From positions 124,001-188,000 of the IMG/VR virus record IMGVR_UViG_3300037010_002844: a DNA stretch of 64,000 bases. One strand, written 5' to 3'. Each line of letters starts with the position of its first letter. Within the stretch, counting starts at the first letter, position 1. Shown piece by piece: positions 10,178 to 19,310 of the stretch. Under the pieces are notes generated by a model. It worked only from the letters and a program-made list of their open reading frames with translations, did not search any database and was not told the DNA's origin. The position numbers were made by a program, and so were the translations under genes.

Positions 10178-10522
10178 CTATGGCATGTGAGCCAATTTGA
10201 CGGACGACGGACCGATCAAGACAAAGACGTTGGCGCCCGTCACTCCATCGACCCTCGCAATCTCTTCTTTGGTCGCCCGGCGAATGAGGCCCTCGTGGAC
10301 CAGGTCGTCAACGTATGACTCAGTTCGAGGAAGATTGAAGCCGATCTCGAGCGAGATTTCACCCAAATAGACGGGGCGGGATACCTTGTGGAAGTATCTG
10401 ATGATTTTTCCTGCCACCTCTTGAGGTGTCGGCCCGATGTGCCTTTTAACCCAAGTTGGCATTTTCAGGCTCCCCATGCCGTGCAGCTCTGCTCGACCTT
10501 GATCCATGAGTTCATGGTACAC
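10178..10522 (-). CDS. Putative winged-helix DNA-binding protein
   Basis: VYLGEISLEIGFNLPRTESYVDDLVHEGLIRR resembles a wHTH; start uncertain. Confidence 0.55.
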   Translation of the reverse strand: MYHELMDQGRAELHGMGSLKMPTWVKRHIGPTPQEVAGKIIRYFHKVSRPVYLGEISLEIGFNLPRTESYVDDLVHEGLIRRATKEEIARVDGVTGANVFVLIGPSSVKLAHMP

Positions 10523-10547
10523 CTCCCGCCCGCGGGCTTACATACGG

Positions 10548-10826
10548 TCAGTTGCGGTAACGTACCTTTGGCGGGACGGCCTTGAGCTGGTCGACAAAGT
10601 CCCACCGCCTGTCAATTTCCTGCTCAAACTCGAGGGGCGACCAACCAGAGGCCCGCAGGACTTCCTCATACTCCCTGTCGTACTCGTGCTGTGACAGTTC
10701 ACCCGACTGGTATCGCACGGCTAGATCGTCGAGGATTGGTGCCATCTCATCGTAAGGCATCTTCCGCGGTACGCTCGCGAGGTGTTCCTTGACCAGTGCC
10801 TTGATGAGGTGTCTGAAGCGCAGCAT
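10548..10826 (-). CDS. Hypothetical protein (N-terminus resembles the leader family)
   Basis: ATG 10826 lies 5 nt after a TATTTA motif; MLRFRHLIKALVKEHL. Confidence 0.65.
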   Translation of the reverse strand: MLRFRHLIKALVKEHLASVPRKMPYDEMAPILDDLAVRYQSGELSQHEYDREYEEVLRASGWSPLEFEQEIDRRWDFVDQLKAVPPKVRYRN

Positions 10827-10921
10827 GATCGTAAATAGCACGAAGGCCCCCAATATAGGAGCCCTCGCCAGAAAGATCGTCGCCTTTGCGGTGACAGGAG
10901 AATCGACGATCCCTGATGTCT

Positions 10922-11363
10922 TTAACTATGGTGATGTGCCAGCTCATGACAGTCGGAACTCAGGACGATGCCGGAGACCTCATGGGCAGCATGATAATCA
11001 GCAACCCAATGGACGTAAGCTTGATGGGTTACGAAGTCTTCCGTCACATCGCCCAAGATCTCCCGGGCTTTCTGGAGAACCTCCACAAAGCGTTCCTTGG
11101 TTGTGCCCCCAATTATTCTTCACTCGTGAATGATGACCATGGACATACTTAGCGAAACCGGTCTGCAACGTCCAGAATTTAGGAATTTGACCGCACCCAC
11201 AAGCGCACTCTGGCTACACGTTCTTGCAAAAGAGAGCAACATAAAGATCACGCGACGTAAGTTTGTGTTTCTTTTGGCAATGGATTCGAAGTGAATCGAG
11301 GTTGTCGATTTCATAATCCGCGCACTTAGGACACTTAAACGAGGAAGGGTCCATCGGCAGCAT
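10922..11363 (-). pseudogene. Decayed Zn-finger/HNH homing-endonuclease-like gene
   Basis: FKCPKC..LRIHCQKKH (C2H2), in-frame TAG at 11214-11216, PECACGCG..KYVHGHH; another frame carries VSGIVLSSDCHELAH*, a degenerate HNH tail. Confidence 0.65.
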
Positions 11364-11411
11364 TGTACCATGGACCCATAACCTGTATCTTCGACAGAAG
11401 TCGAAAGCGAT

Positions 11412-11903
11412 TTAGAATTGCAGGCACGCGTTGTCGAAGCGCAGTGTTAGGCTGATCTCAGCCGGGCCGCCGTCTTCATACGTCAGTTCACCGAAGTTGA
11501 CCTCGGTGCAGAATGCACCCTTGATGTCCCAAAGTTCCACGACGGTGCCCACGGGATCCAGCAGCTTCAACTGGACGTCACGCTTGTAGAAGTCAGCGTA
11601 ACCAGCACGGCCCGAGACGCTCTCGTAGCACGTACGGATCCACTCCATCACCTGCTGCGCGCCGGACGGTGCAATCGGATCGTGCAACGTCACCGGAATG
11701 GTGTTGAACGTCGTCTTGCCGGCCAGGTAGCGGCGTGAATTGATGAATGGAATCTCGACCTCTTCGGTGGCCACCGTCGGTCGTGAGGTCGTCTTGATGA
11801 TGTAGGCGTCGAGGCCTTCGATCATGAGGACCCAACGGTTCTTGCGCTTCGGCTCGAACTTGTTGGGCAGCATCGATGTAACGTCAAGTGTCTCAGCTGG
11901 CAT
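11412..11903 (-). CDS. Tail tube protein (T4 gp19-like)
   Basis: FEPKRKNRW..RYLAGKTTFNTIPVTLHDP..YKRDVQLKLLDPVG..W.IKGAF..LTLRFD; 163 aa; GGAG RBS. Confidence 0.92.
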   Translation of the reverse strand: MPAETLDVTSMLPNKFEPKRKNRWVLMIEGLDAYIIKTTSRPTVATEEVEIPFINSRRYLAGKTTFNTIPVTLHDPIAPSGAQQVMEWIRTCYESVSGRAGYADFYKRDVQLKLLDPVGTVVELWDIKGAFCTEVNFGELTYEDGGPAEISLTLRFDNACLQF

Positions 11904-11946
11904 GGTATTCTCCTGTCACCAACTCTAAATATTCGACCTTGTCAAT

Positions 11947-12220
11947 TCATCCTCTATGACGTAGAGTGCGCGACTCGTTCTTTTGGACGTCGCCTTCAGC
12001 TTGGAAACACAACCACGAACTTCTGCCGTCTTGTTGAATGGGTCGCTGTGTAGACACATGATGACAACACGGGCCGCGCCTTCAGGTGCTAGCTGGTGAG
12101 CGATCTCAAGCTGCCTGTGACATTGTCCATCACGGCATCGAGGGCGCCGGCAAAGTCCTGTCGACCGGCCTCAAGTTTTTCGCGAATGATCCTTCTGATC
12201 TGTCCAATGGTTGCCTTCAT
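11947..12220 (-). pseudogene. Leader-family small gene, apparently frameshifted
   Basis: MKATIGQIRRIIREKLE... stops at TAG 12089-12091 (43 aa); a protein-like continuation QLEIAHQLAPEGAARVVIMCLH..VSKLK runs in another frame to TGA 11947. Confidence 0.5.
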
Positions 12221-12221
12221 C

Positions 12222-12452
12222 TCAACCGCTCTTGCTCGGCTTCAGAAGCCCGACTTGAGACCCAAGAATGGCCCTCGAAAATTCTTCTTTTACTAGACGG
12301 TGTAGCTCCTGTTCGGTAATGCGAGATACACGCGGGTCGGACACAGACTCAGCGAGCGGTACGACCTCAGTGGGCACGAACCCCTCATCACGCAGCTGCA
12401 ATGCTGCCTCTCTGATCAGCTCGCGGAGCCTATTCGGAGAAATGAGTCGCAT
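12222..12452 (-). CDS. Small leader-family protein
   Basis: MRLISPNRLRELIREA, plus a second copy ITEQELHRLVKEEF. Confidence 0.7.
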   Translation of the reverse strand: MRLISPNRLRELIREAALQLRDEGFVPTEVVPLAESVSDPRVSRITEQELHRLVKEEFSRAILGSQVGLLKPSKSG

Positions 12453-12802
12453 CAGCCGTGCTTACCAACATGGGCCCAAGGATCCTTCGTCAAGGCCGTG
12501 CTTTGGGGATTGCCAAGCCACTTCATCACAGCATCGATGTTGGACTCGATCTGAGTGATTGCCCTCAATAGCTTCTGCGCCTTGTCCATGACGTCGCTGC
12601 CCGGGCCAGCATTCTGCAGCAACTCAGAGATCGCCTTCTTGGCACCCGCCTTGCCGAGCGCCTGTTTAGCAGACGATAGACTCCCGTGGAGCGCCTGCAG
12701 AGGAGCCTGGACCTTGCCTTGTTCCATCGTGATCTCGTCGAGCTCCTGCTCTTCAAGTGTCTCACGGATGATCTGACGGAGCTGCTTTTGGGTGATCTTC
12801 AT
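12452..12802 (-). CDS. Small leader-family protein (putative internal head protein)
   Basis: MKITQKQLRQIIRETLEEQELDE. Confidence 0.75.
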   Translation of the reverse strand: MKITQKQLRQIIRETLEEQELDEITMEQGKVQAPLQALHGSLSSAKQALGKAGAKKAISELLQNAGPGSDVMDKAQKLLRAITQIESNIDAVMKWLGNPQSTALTKDPWAHVGKHG

Positions 12803-12828
12803 CTGTTATTTCCCGCTGAATTTGACCA

Positions 12829-13041
12829 TCAGGGCGCGCGCGCGACAATGTCCTCAAATCGAGAACGCTCGAAAGGCCCGTCGCCCAGGGCTTCTGCAGT
12901 CTCAAACGTCATCCTGTTGACCATGTTCAAAACGCGAGACTTGAGCGTGGCCGCGAAGGCGGCCGACAGGGTGCTGATCAACTCAGCCCTGCCGGCTTCT
13001 TCCTTGATGATCTTACGCAGCTTTTGTGAAGTGATCTTCAC
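12829..13041 (-). CDS. Small leader-family protein
   Basis: GTG start, MKITSQKLRKIIKEE. Confidence 0.7.
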   Translation of the reverse strand: MKITSQKLRKIIKEEAGRAELISTLSAAFAATLKSRVLNMVNRMTFETAEALGDGPFERSRFEDIVARAP

Positions 13042-13054
13042 TGTCAGCTCTCAA

Positions 13055-16000
13055 TCACTGCTGGGTGATGTTGTTGGTGACCACGAAGTCCAAGGAGACG
13101 AACTCGATCGACTTGGTCGGCTGGACATAGATCTTACCGCGGATCGTGTTGTTCTCGATGTCCTGCTGCGTCGTGGTGCTGGAGTCGATAATAACCTTGA
13201 ACCGCTCGAGGCCCGCCTGAGCCTGGATGCGCTGCAGACGCGGGGTAACCGCGGCCGTGAAGCGGGCCAGGGTGGCAGCCCTGTTGGGCTCGAAAATGAT
13301 CGTCTGCGAGATGTCGCGGACCTGGCGGCGGATCTCGATCAGCAACCTGCGAACGTTGACGCGATCGAGAGCCGAGGCCGCGGCCTGCAGGGTCTTCTGA
13401 CCCCAAACCACCACGCCGCCCTTCGGGTTGGTGCCACCGACGGCAGTTCCCGGGAAGGCGACCAATGGGTTGATGGCGACATCGTAGAGTGCGTCCATGT
13501 TAGGCTTCGACAGCTGAACACGGGCCTCGAGGACAGTCGGCAACGCACCGCGGGTGACACCGGCTGGAGCAAACCAGGGGTGACCGACCGCATCATTCAA
13601 GGCCAGGGCGCCGAGGACCGCGACAGAAGGTGGCGCGACGACGTTGGTCTTGGTGTTAGGATCCGGCATCACCACGTCTGGGAAGTAGGCAGCGGCGAAG
13701 TTGTTGTCCATCGCGCGGTTGGCGAACGAGTTGGCGGTGTAGGTGACAGACGGCAGCTGCGAATCAGTGAAGACCTCAGTGTCAGTGTTGTCGAACTGCT
13801 CGATGTCCATGATGTAGAGAGCATCAAACCGTTCCTTGACCGCGTCAGCCGCTGCGTTGGTGACGATCGGGTGACGGATGCCAGGGATCGCCAGCAACTG
13901 GATGTCTGTGTTCACCACGTTCTTCATGATTTCCAGCGCCTTGGCGTAGGTCCGGACGTTTGAGCCCTGGTCCCTGCCACGGTTGGTGGCGTTCATGTCA
14001 GCCGTGATGGCTGCGTTGTTGATCTCTGCTGAGTCCTTGTCGAACAGTAGGATTCCGTCGAAGCCGCCTTGCAATAGGAAGCTGAACTTGGCGAACCGAC
14101 GGTTGGCCTGGACGAGATCGTCTGTCTTGAAGGCCCGCGTCTTGTTGGCATCGTTAGCCGTGATCGCACCACCACGCACGTACTGTGCTGAGACCCACTG
14201 CGTCGGGTCAGCCAACGTCGTGGATGCCGTGACGACCTGCAGGTTCTCGAGGGTGAACAGGTTGTTGCAGAACCTGTCGGCATCAATGATGCCCCACGCG
14301 CCGGTGTCGACCGCGCCGGTGTTGTCACCGACAGACACGTTCTGGTTGATCTCCGAGAAGTCCGGGAAGTACTTGGCAAACGACTTCAACGAAGCGTTCT
14401 TCAAGGTCGATGCATTCGGAGTCGCCAGGCTGGCCACGTGCTCGAACTGGACGCCCCAGTAGAGCAATGGGTTGACTTGGACCTTGGCGCCAGAACCTGC
14501 GGTGATGTTGGAACGCATCGGCAGCGGCGGCTCGATTGCGCGCTTCAGGTAGGTGGCCGCAGTCAAGCTGCCGTCAGTGACGCTTGTCAGAGGAGCAGAG
14601 CCAGAGGTGACGAGGTGCTCGACGCCGCGGAAGCCCATGGGCAGTGCCGTCGGATCGACGGTGCCGTTCTCAACCCCAAGATCGACCTCGACGCGGACGA
14701 GGTTCGACTGTGCCGGGTAGTTGCCGTCGAAGACGATCTTCTGGGCCGGCTCGGCGCGGTCGAAGTCGAAGAACACGTGAGCATCGCCGACAATCTTGGC
14801 GATGTAGCGATCCGAGCTCGGATCCAAGTTGACGCCGCGGAACTGTTCCAGCGGCTGCTGAGCAGCATCGCGGTCGTTCCAGTCGCGGAGAACCAGGTCG
14901 AAGGAACCAAACTTGTTGGCTGGGTCCGTCGACGGGGTGATGTTCTCGATCGAGATCTTGTATAGCGTCGAGACATTGGCGCCGGCATCCAGAGCATGCA
15001 ACCGGAAGAGATTGGAAGGCGAGCCACCAAACTTCTGCGAGATGATCCACGGGGACTTAGCGTGGCTGAAACGATCAGTGAAGGCCTCGTAGTTCGGGAC
15101 CGTGCTCGAACCAACGTTGCGTGCAAGAGAAGCTGTCGTCAGGAAGACAGCAGTTTCAGCACCCGGTTTGGGCGCCGTGGCCGCACCTGCACCTGACAGC
15201 GCGGAAACGAGGCCCGAGCCGGTGACCACTGCAGTAGCAGGGTGAACGTCCCAGGATGCATACAGGAAGTGACCAGCCTGCTGAATCTTGTAGGGATCCG
15301 TGTTCAGGACGTTGGCAAAGTAGTTCGGGCTCGTCATGTCGAACGAAGCCGTGATAACGTTCGGGTACAGCGGGTCCGTTCCCTGGTGACCGTTCAACAG
15401 CAGCACGAAGTCCGACTTTGCGACACCTGCGTCCATCAGGACGACGGTGCCGACCAAGCCACCGTGAGCGGTGCCATCGGTAGCAACGAGGTTCGACGGA
15501 GGGGCTGAAGAGTTACCGGCTGTCGAAGAAGACACGCGGAGGATAACGCCCGAGGGGGCCATCAGCATGCCTCGAACGATGACCGCGGCAGTGTCTGCAC
15601 CGGGAGTCGTTGAACCCAATCCTTGGATGCCGGCCGACGAGAAGATAGTCGAACCAGCAGACTCTGACATGAACGCGCCGAGGAAGTAGGCTCGACCCAG
15701 AGGAGAACCCAAAGCGCCCGAATTGGCGTACGGGTTACCGTCCAGCGTGCCATCTGAGGCGCGCGGCAACTGCTGTCCGACAGTGAAACCAGCGCCGTTG
15801 ACCGAGCCGTCATCATTCCGCGTGCGGCCATCGCCTGCGCCCAGGACCCTGAGATAGGTCACTGCCTGCGCCTTGCGCATCCACTCAGTGACAGCCAACG
15901 GGCCGAACTTCTTGCCGTCGGTCTTACCGAACTTGGCGTAGAAGTCATCGATCGTGCCGACGGTGACCGGGATGAATGCAGGTCCTTTCACTGCCGTGCC

Positions 16001-16102
16001 AATAACGCCTGCGGGAACACCGACTGGTTCCTGGGTCACTGGACCCGAAAGATCGATTTCCCTTGCCGTCACGCCAGCGCTTCCGAACTTTAGCTGTGCC
16101 AT
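13055..16102 (-). CDS. Tail sheath protein, paralogue B (gp18-like)
   Basis: SAGVTAREIDLS..GTAVKGPAFIP; C-terminal PWFAPAG..INPL..VWGQKTLQ..SALDRVNVRRLL..FEPN. Confidence 0.95.
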   Translation of the reverse strand: MAQLKFGSAGVTAREIDLSGPVTQEPVGVPAGVIGTAVKGPAFIPVTVGTIDDFYAKFGKTDGKKFGPLAVTEWMRKAQAVTYLRVLGAGDGRTRNDDGSVNGAGFTVGQQLPRASDGTLDGNPYANSGALGSPLGRAYFLGAFMSESAGSTIFSSAGIQGLGSTTPGADTAAVIVRGMLMAPSGVILRVSSSTAGNSSAPPSNLVATDGTAHGGLVGTVVLMDAGVAKSDFVLLLNGHQGTDPLYPNVITASFDMTSPNYFANVLNTDPYKIQQAGHFLYASWDVHPATAVVTGSGLVSALSGAGAATAPKPGAETAVFLTTASLARNVGSSTVPNYEAFTDRFSHAKSPWIISQKFGGSPSNLFRLHALDAGANVSTLYKISIENITPSTDPANKFGSFDLVLRDWNDRDAAQQPLEQFRGVNLDPSSDRYIAKIVGDAHVFFDFDRAEPAQKIVFDGNYPAQSNLVRVEVDLGVENGTVDPTALPMGFRGVEHLVTSGSAPLTSVTDGSLTAATYLKRAIEPPLPMRSNITAGSGAKVQVNPLLYWGVQFEHVASLATPNASTLKNASLKSFAKYFPDFSEINQNVSVGDNTGAVDTGAWGIIDADRFCNNLFTLENLQVVTASTTLADPTQWVSAQYVRGGAITANDANKTRAFKTDDLVQANRRFAKFSFLLQGGFDGILLFDKDSAEINNAAITADMNATNRGRDQGSNVRTYAKALEIMKNVVNTDIQLLAIPGIRHPIVTNAAADAVKERFDALYIMDIEQFDNTDTEVFTDSQLPSVTYTANSFANRAMDNNFAAAYFPDVVMPDPNTKTNVVAPPSVAVLGALALNDAVGHPWFAPAGVTRGALPTVLEARVQLSKPNMDALYDVAINPLVAFPGTAVGGTNPKGGVVVWGQKTLQAAASALDRVNVRRLLIEIRRQVRDISQTIIFEPNRAATLARFTAAVTPRLQRIQAQAGLERFKVIIDSSTTTQQDIENNTIRGKIYVQPTKSIEFVSLDFVVTNNITQQ

Positions 16103-16156
16103 CTTCTCGTAGCCTCTGCGTTGTAAGTATCAGATCGTTTTGCAATCCATACCGCG

Positions 16157-16202
16157 AAAGAAAGCGGCCCTAAACTAGAGCCAAGCTGCTAGTTAGGGCC
16201 GC
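16157..16202 (-). terminator. Rho-independent terminator between the two sheath genes
   Basis: GCGGCCCTAACTAG/CTAGTTTAGGGCCGC stem followed by TTTCTTT on the minus strand. Confidence 0.7.
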
Positions 16203-16225
16203 ATTTCACAGTTCGGATTTGTTCA

Positions 16226-19200
16226 TCACACGAACTGGACGCCGCTGTTAGTGATGATGAAGTCGATCGCGATATACTCGATGACCCTCGTCGGCACCAC
16301 GACGATCCGACCGCGGAGGCGGTTGAGGTCGATGTCTTCCTGCGTGTTGTTCGTCTCGTTCATGATAACTTGGAACGCTTCCACGCCAGCCTGGGACTGA
16401 ATTAGACCTAGTTGCAGGATTGCGTCGGCCACGAACTTGTTACGCACCTCGGGGGTGTTCTGCTCAAAGACCAGCTTCTGAGCGATACCCATGATGATGC
16501 GCTTGACCTCCAGGAGGAGGCGACGGACGTTGACCCTGTCGAGTGCCGACTTGTTGATCTGCAACGTCTTCTGGCCATAGATGACGAAGCCTAGCCTCGG
16601 GAAGGTTGCGATCGGGTTGATTCGTGAATCGTAGAGCCTGTCACGATCGGGCACATTGAGACGCACGCTGACGTTGGTGACAAAGTCCAGCGCTGCGCGG
16701 TTGAAGCCGGCAGGCGCGAACCATGGGTAGGCAACGCGATCGTTGAAGGCCAAGGCACCCATGGCGGCGACCGAGGCCGGAACCTTGACGCGGCGGCGGT
16801 TGGTCGCATCGTCAACGAAGACGTCCGGGTAGTACGTGCCAGCGTAGTTATTGTCCAACGCTCGAGCATCGAACTGGTTTGCCGTCTGATCGATCGAGGG
16901 CCGTGCTGCCGAGTCATCGTACAGACGGTTCGAGGAATCATCGTAGGATGGGATGTCCATCACGTAGTAGGCCAGACCGTAGTCGCGGACCTTGTTGAGG
17001 GCATACTCTGTGATAAAGCTCTCGCGGATGCCCGGCAACGCCAGGATGTTCGTGTTGACGACCAGAGGATCAGTCATGATGTCGATTGCCGTCTTGTAGG
17101 AAGCGACCGTCGCATTCTGCTGACCCGTCCCGGTCGGGTTGTAACCCAGACCAGGCGCCGAGTAACCGACCGCAGCACCGCCGCCAGCGTCGAAGGACGA
17201 GGCCTTGTCATTCATCCTCCTCGCATCGCGGTCGAGAACATTGACGCCGTCCCAGCCACCAGCCATGAAGGTGATGAACTTGGTGAACTGCGAAAAGCGA
17301 TTGAAGTCCGAGGCGCTGCCTTGAGCCAACAAGGTGGCCAATGTGACACGCGGTCCGAGGACCGGATCCTTGATGGTGTAGTTGGTCAGGTCGAGCTTGC
17401 CGTTACGGATGTAAGCTGCTTCCTTCATGTGATCCTGAACCGACGAGGTGATGTCAGTCAGGGCACCATTGGACAGTGCAACCTTCGCCAACGTGAACTT
17501 GTTGTTGTTCAGTTGGTCTGCGCCCGAGCCAGAGACCAAGGCGTCCAACTTAGGAATGCCCATGAACTTGGTGTACGACTCGAGCAGACCGTTCTTGTCG
17601 TTGATGAGGTTGGGATTGAGCGGCAGAGTGTTGCGCTCAAACTTGACGCCCCAGTAGAACTGGCTGAGTGTCAGCTCAGTCGAACCGGGCTGGCCAAGCC
17701 AGGCTGCGCCGGCCGGAGCATCGCCCTTCGTCACCTTGGTGCGGAAAGGAACGGGCGGGATGATCGAACCCGACAGGGAAGACGCGGAACCCACGCCCAG
17801 GACGCCAGCCAACCGTGCAGTGGCGGAAGACGGTGAAGCGTCGGTCAACAGGTCGTTGGTCTTCGGGACCACCGCGCCGCGGAAGCCGAAGGGTAGCGAC
17901 TTCTGAGGCACCAAAGCACGCTCAACCTGGTCCGCGATGACAACGCGGACATACTGCGAGACGTTCGGGTACTTGCCTGTGGCGACCACGCGGCGTTCAG
18001 AGTCCAACGTCGTGTCAAAGTTATAGCTGACCTTGCGATCGCCGATCAACTTGCCGATGTAGTGATCTGACATCGGATCCAGTGAACAGCCTGGGAACAT
18101 CTCCAGGACCAACGGATTGGTGTCCGTGTCGTTCCAATCGCGGATCTGGACGGTGAAGGTGCCGTACGGGTTGGAATCGTCCAGCGAAGCCTTGAGGTCC
18201 GTGATGGCGATCTTGAAGAGGTTGTTGGCGTATTCGCCGTCGTCCAATGCCTCGAACTTGAAGAGGTCGTACTCTGTCGTGCCGAATGGCTGCGAGATGA
18301 AGTACGTCGTGGACGGTGCACGGTAACGCGTGTCGAAGGCTCCAAAGACCTTCCTCATCGGAAGGGTCTTGTCACCCGAGGTGCTGCTGGTGTTGTTGGA
18401 GCCCGAGAGGACGCCGACCACAGTCGCAGTGGCGAGCTCATCATCGACCGGGAAGTCTGCATAGACCAGGTGCTGCTCCTGGACGAACTTGTCAGGATCC
18501 GTGTTCAAGATCTTGGCGAAGTAGTCTGGGCTCGTCGGATTAAGTGAGGCCGTGAAGATCCTGACGCCCGGGTTGCCATCCGTGTTCCAGAAGGCATTGC
18601 CCAAGGTCGAAGAAATCGCGAGTTTGAACTTGCCACCAACCATCAAGGCCGAGTCAACGTTGCTGCCGTTGAAGGCGCCGACGGCGGTGCCGTTGCCATC
18701 CAGGACCATGAGGCGCGCGGTGGTCGGCAGCATCACCATGCCGCGGACCAGGTTGACGGTCGATCCCGAGTAGGAATCGTTGTCCGTGAACATCGGGATT
18801 CCATAGGCCTCATCGCTCTGCAAGGTGTGCTGAGCTGCCAAGAACTGGATTGCGCCGTTGTGGCGGCCCAGCTTGTCGTCAACGGCCGGAGTGCCATCCA
18901 GGTGCATGCCAGCCGAGAGAACTCGACCCGTCTGCAACGTGTTGGCGATGTCTGACTGCGTTGCGTTGGCACCCGCGCCCAGGACCCTGAGATAGGTCAA
19001 TGCGCTGCGATGCTTTAGAAACTCGTTGACCGCATACGGACCAAAGAGCTTTGGATCAAGGTTGCCGAATGTGGCAATGAACTGATCGAAGTTCCCGACC
19101 GTGACAGGGACGAACGCAGGTCCCCTGTTTGCGGTGCCGACAACGCCGGCAGGCGTTCCGACCGGACCGACGGGTGTCGGGGTCGAAATGTCAATCTCGC

Positions 19201-19240
19201 GCTCGAAAAAGTTGGGCGACCTGAAAGTCTGCTCGGGCAT
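16226..19240 (-). CDS. Tail sheath protein, paralogue A (gp18-like)
   Basis: FRSPNFFEREID..RGPAFVP; PWFAPAGFNR..INPIATF..YGQKTLQ..SALDRVNVRRLL. Confidence 0.95.
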   Translation of the reverse strand: MPEQTFRSPNFFEREIDISTPTPVGPVGTPAGVVGTANRGPAFVPVTVGNFDQFIATFGNLDPKLFGPYAVNEFLKHRSALTYLRVLGAGANATQSDIANTLQTGRVLSAGMHLDGTPAVDDKLGRHNGAIQFLAAQHTLQSDEAYGIPMFTDNDSYSGSTVNLVRGMVMLPTTARLMVLDGNGTAVGAFNGSNVDSALMVGGKFKLAISSTLGNAFWNTDGNPGVRIFTASLNPTSPDYFAKILNTDPDKFVQEQHLVYADFPVDDELATATVVGVLSGSNNTSSTSGDKTLPMRKVFGAFDTRYRAPSTTYFISQPFGTTEYDLFKFEALDDGEYANNLFKIAITDLKASLDDSNPYGTFTVQIRDWNDTDTNPLVLEMFPGCSLDPMSDHYIGKLIGDRKVSYNFDTTLDSERRVVATGKYPNVSQYVRVVIADQVERALVPQKSLPFGFRGAVVPKTNDLLTDASPSSATARLAGVLGVGSASSLSGSIIPPVPFRTKVTKGDAPAGAAWLGQPGSTELTLSQFYWGVKFERNTLPLNPNLINDKNGLLESYTKFMGIPKLDALVSGSGADQLNNNKFTLAKVALSNGALTDITSSVQDHMKEAAYIRNGKLDLTNYTIKDPVLGPRVTLATLLAQGSASDFNRFSQFTKFITFMAGGWDGVNVLDRDARRMNDKASSFDAGGGAAVGYSAPGLGYNPTGTGQQNATVASYKTAIDIMTDPLVVNTNILALPGIRESFITEYALNKVRDYGLAYYVMDIPSYDDSSNRLYDDSAARPSIDQTANQFDARALDNNYAGTYYPDVFVDDATNRRRVKVPASVAAMGALAFNDRVAYPWFAPAGFNRAALDFVTNVSVRLNVPDRDRLYDSRINPIATFPRLGFVIYGQKTLQINKSALDRVNVRRLLLEVKRIIMGIAQKLVFEQNTPEVRNKFVADAILQLGLIQSQAGVEAFQVIMNETNNTQEDIDLNRLRGRIVVVPTRVIEYIAIDFIITNSGVQFV

Positions 19241-19310
19241 TACCGTTCTCCTCTACGGTGTGGAATCGCTATGATAAGTATCAAGCGCTCGTGTCGAAAA
19301 CCAACATCGG

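Noticed and set aside
10916-11152. Plus-strand 78-aa ORF
   Set aside because: Better explained as antisense to the minus-strand endonuclease relic
11412-19240. Bacterial eCIS/tailocin locus
   Set aside because: Capsid, portal, protease and terminase are present, so this is a phage
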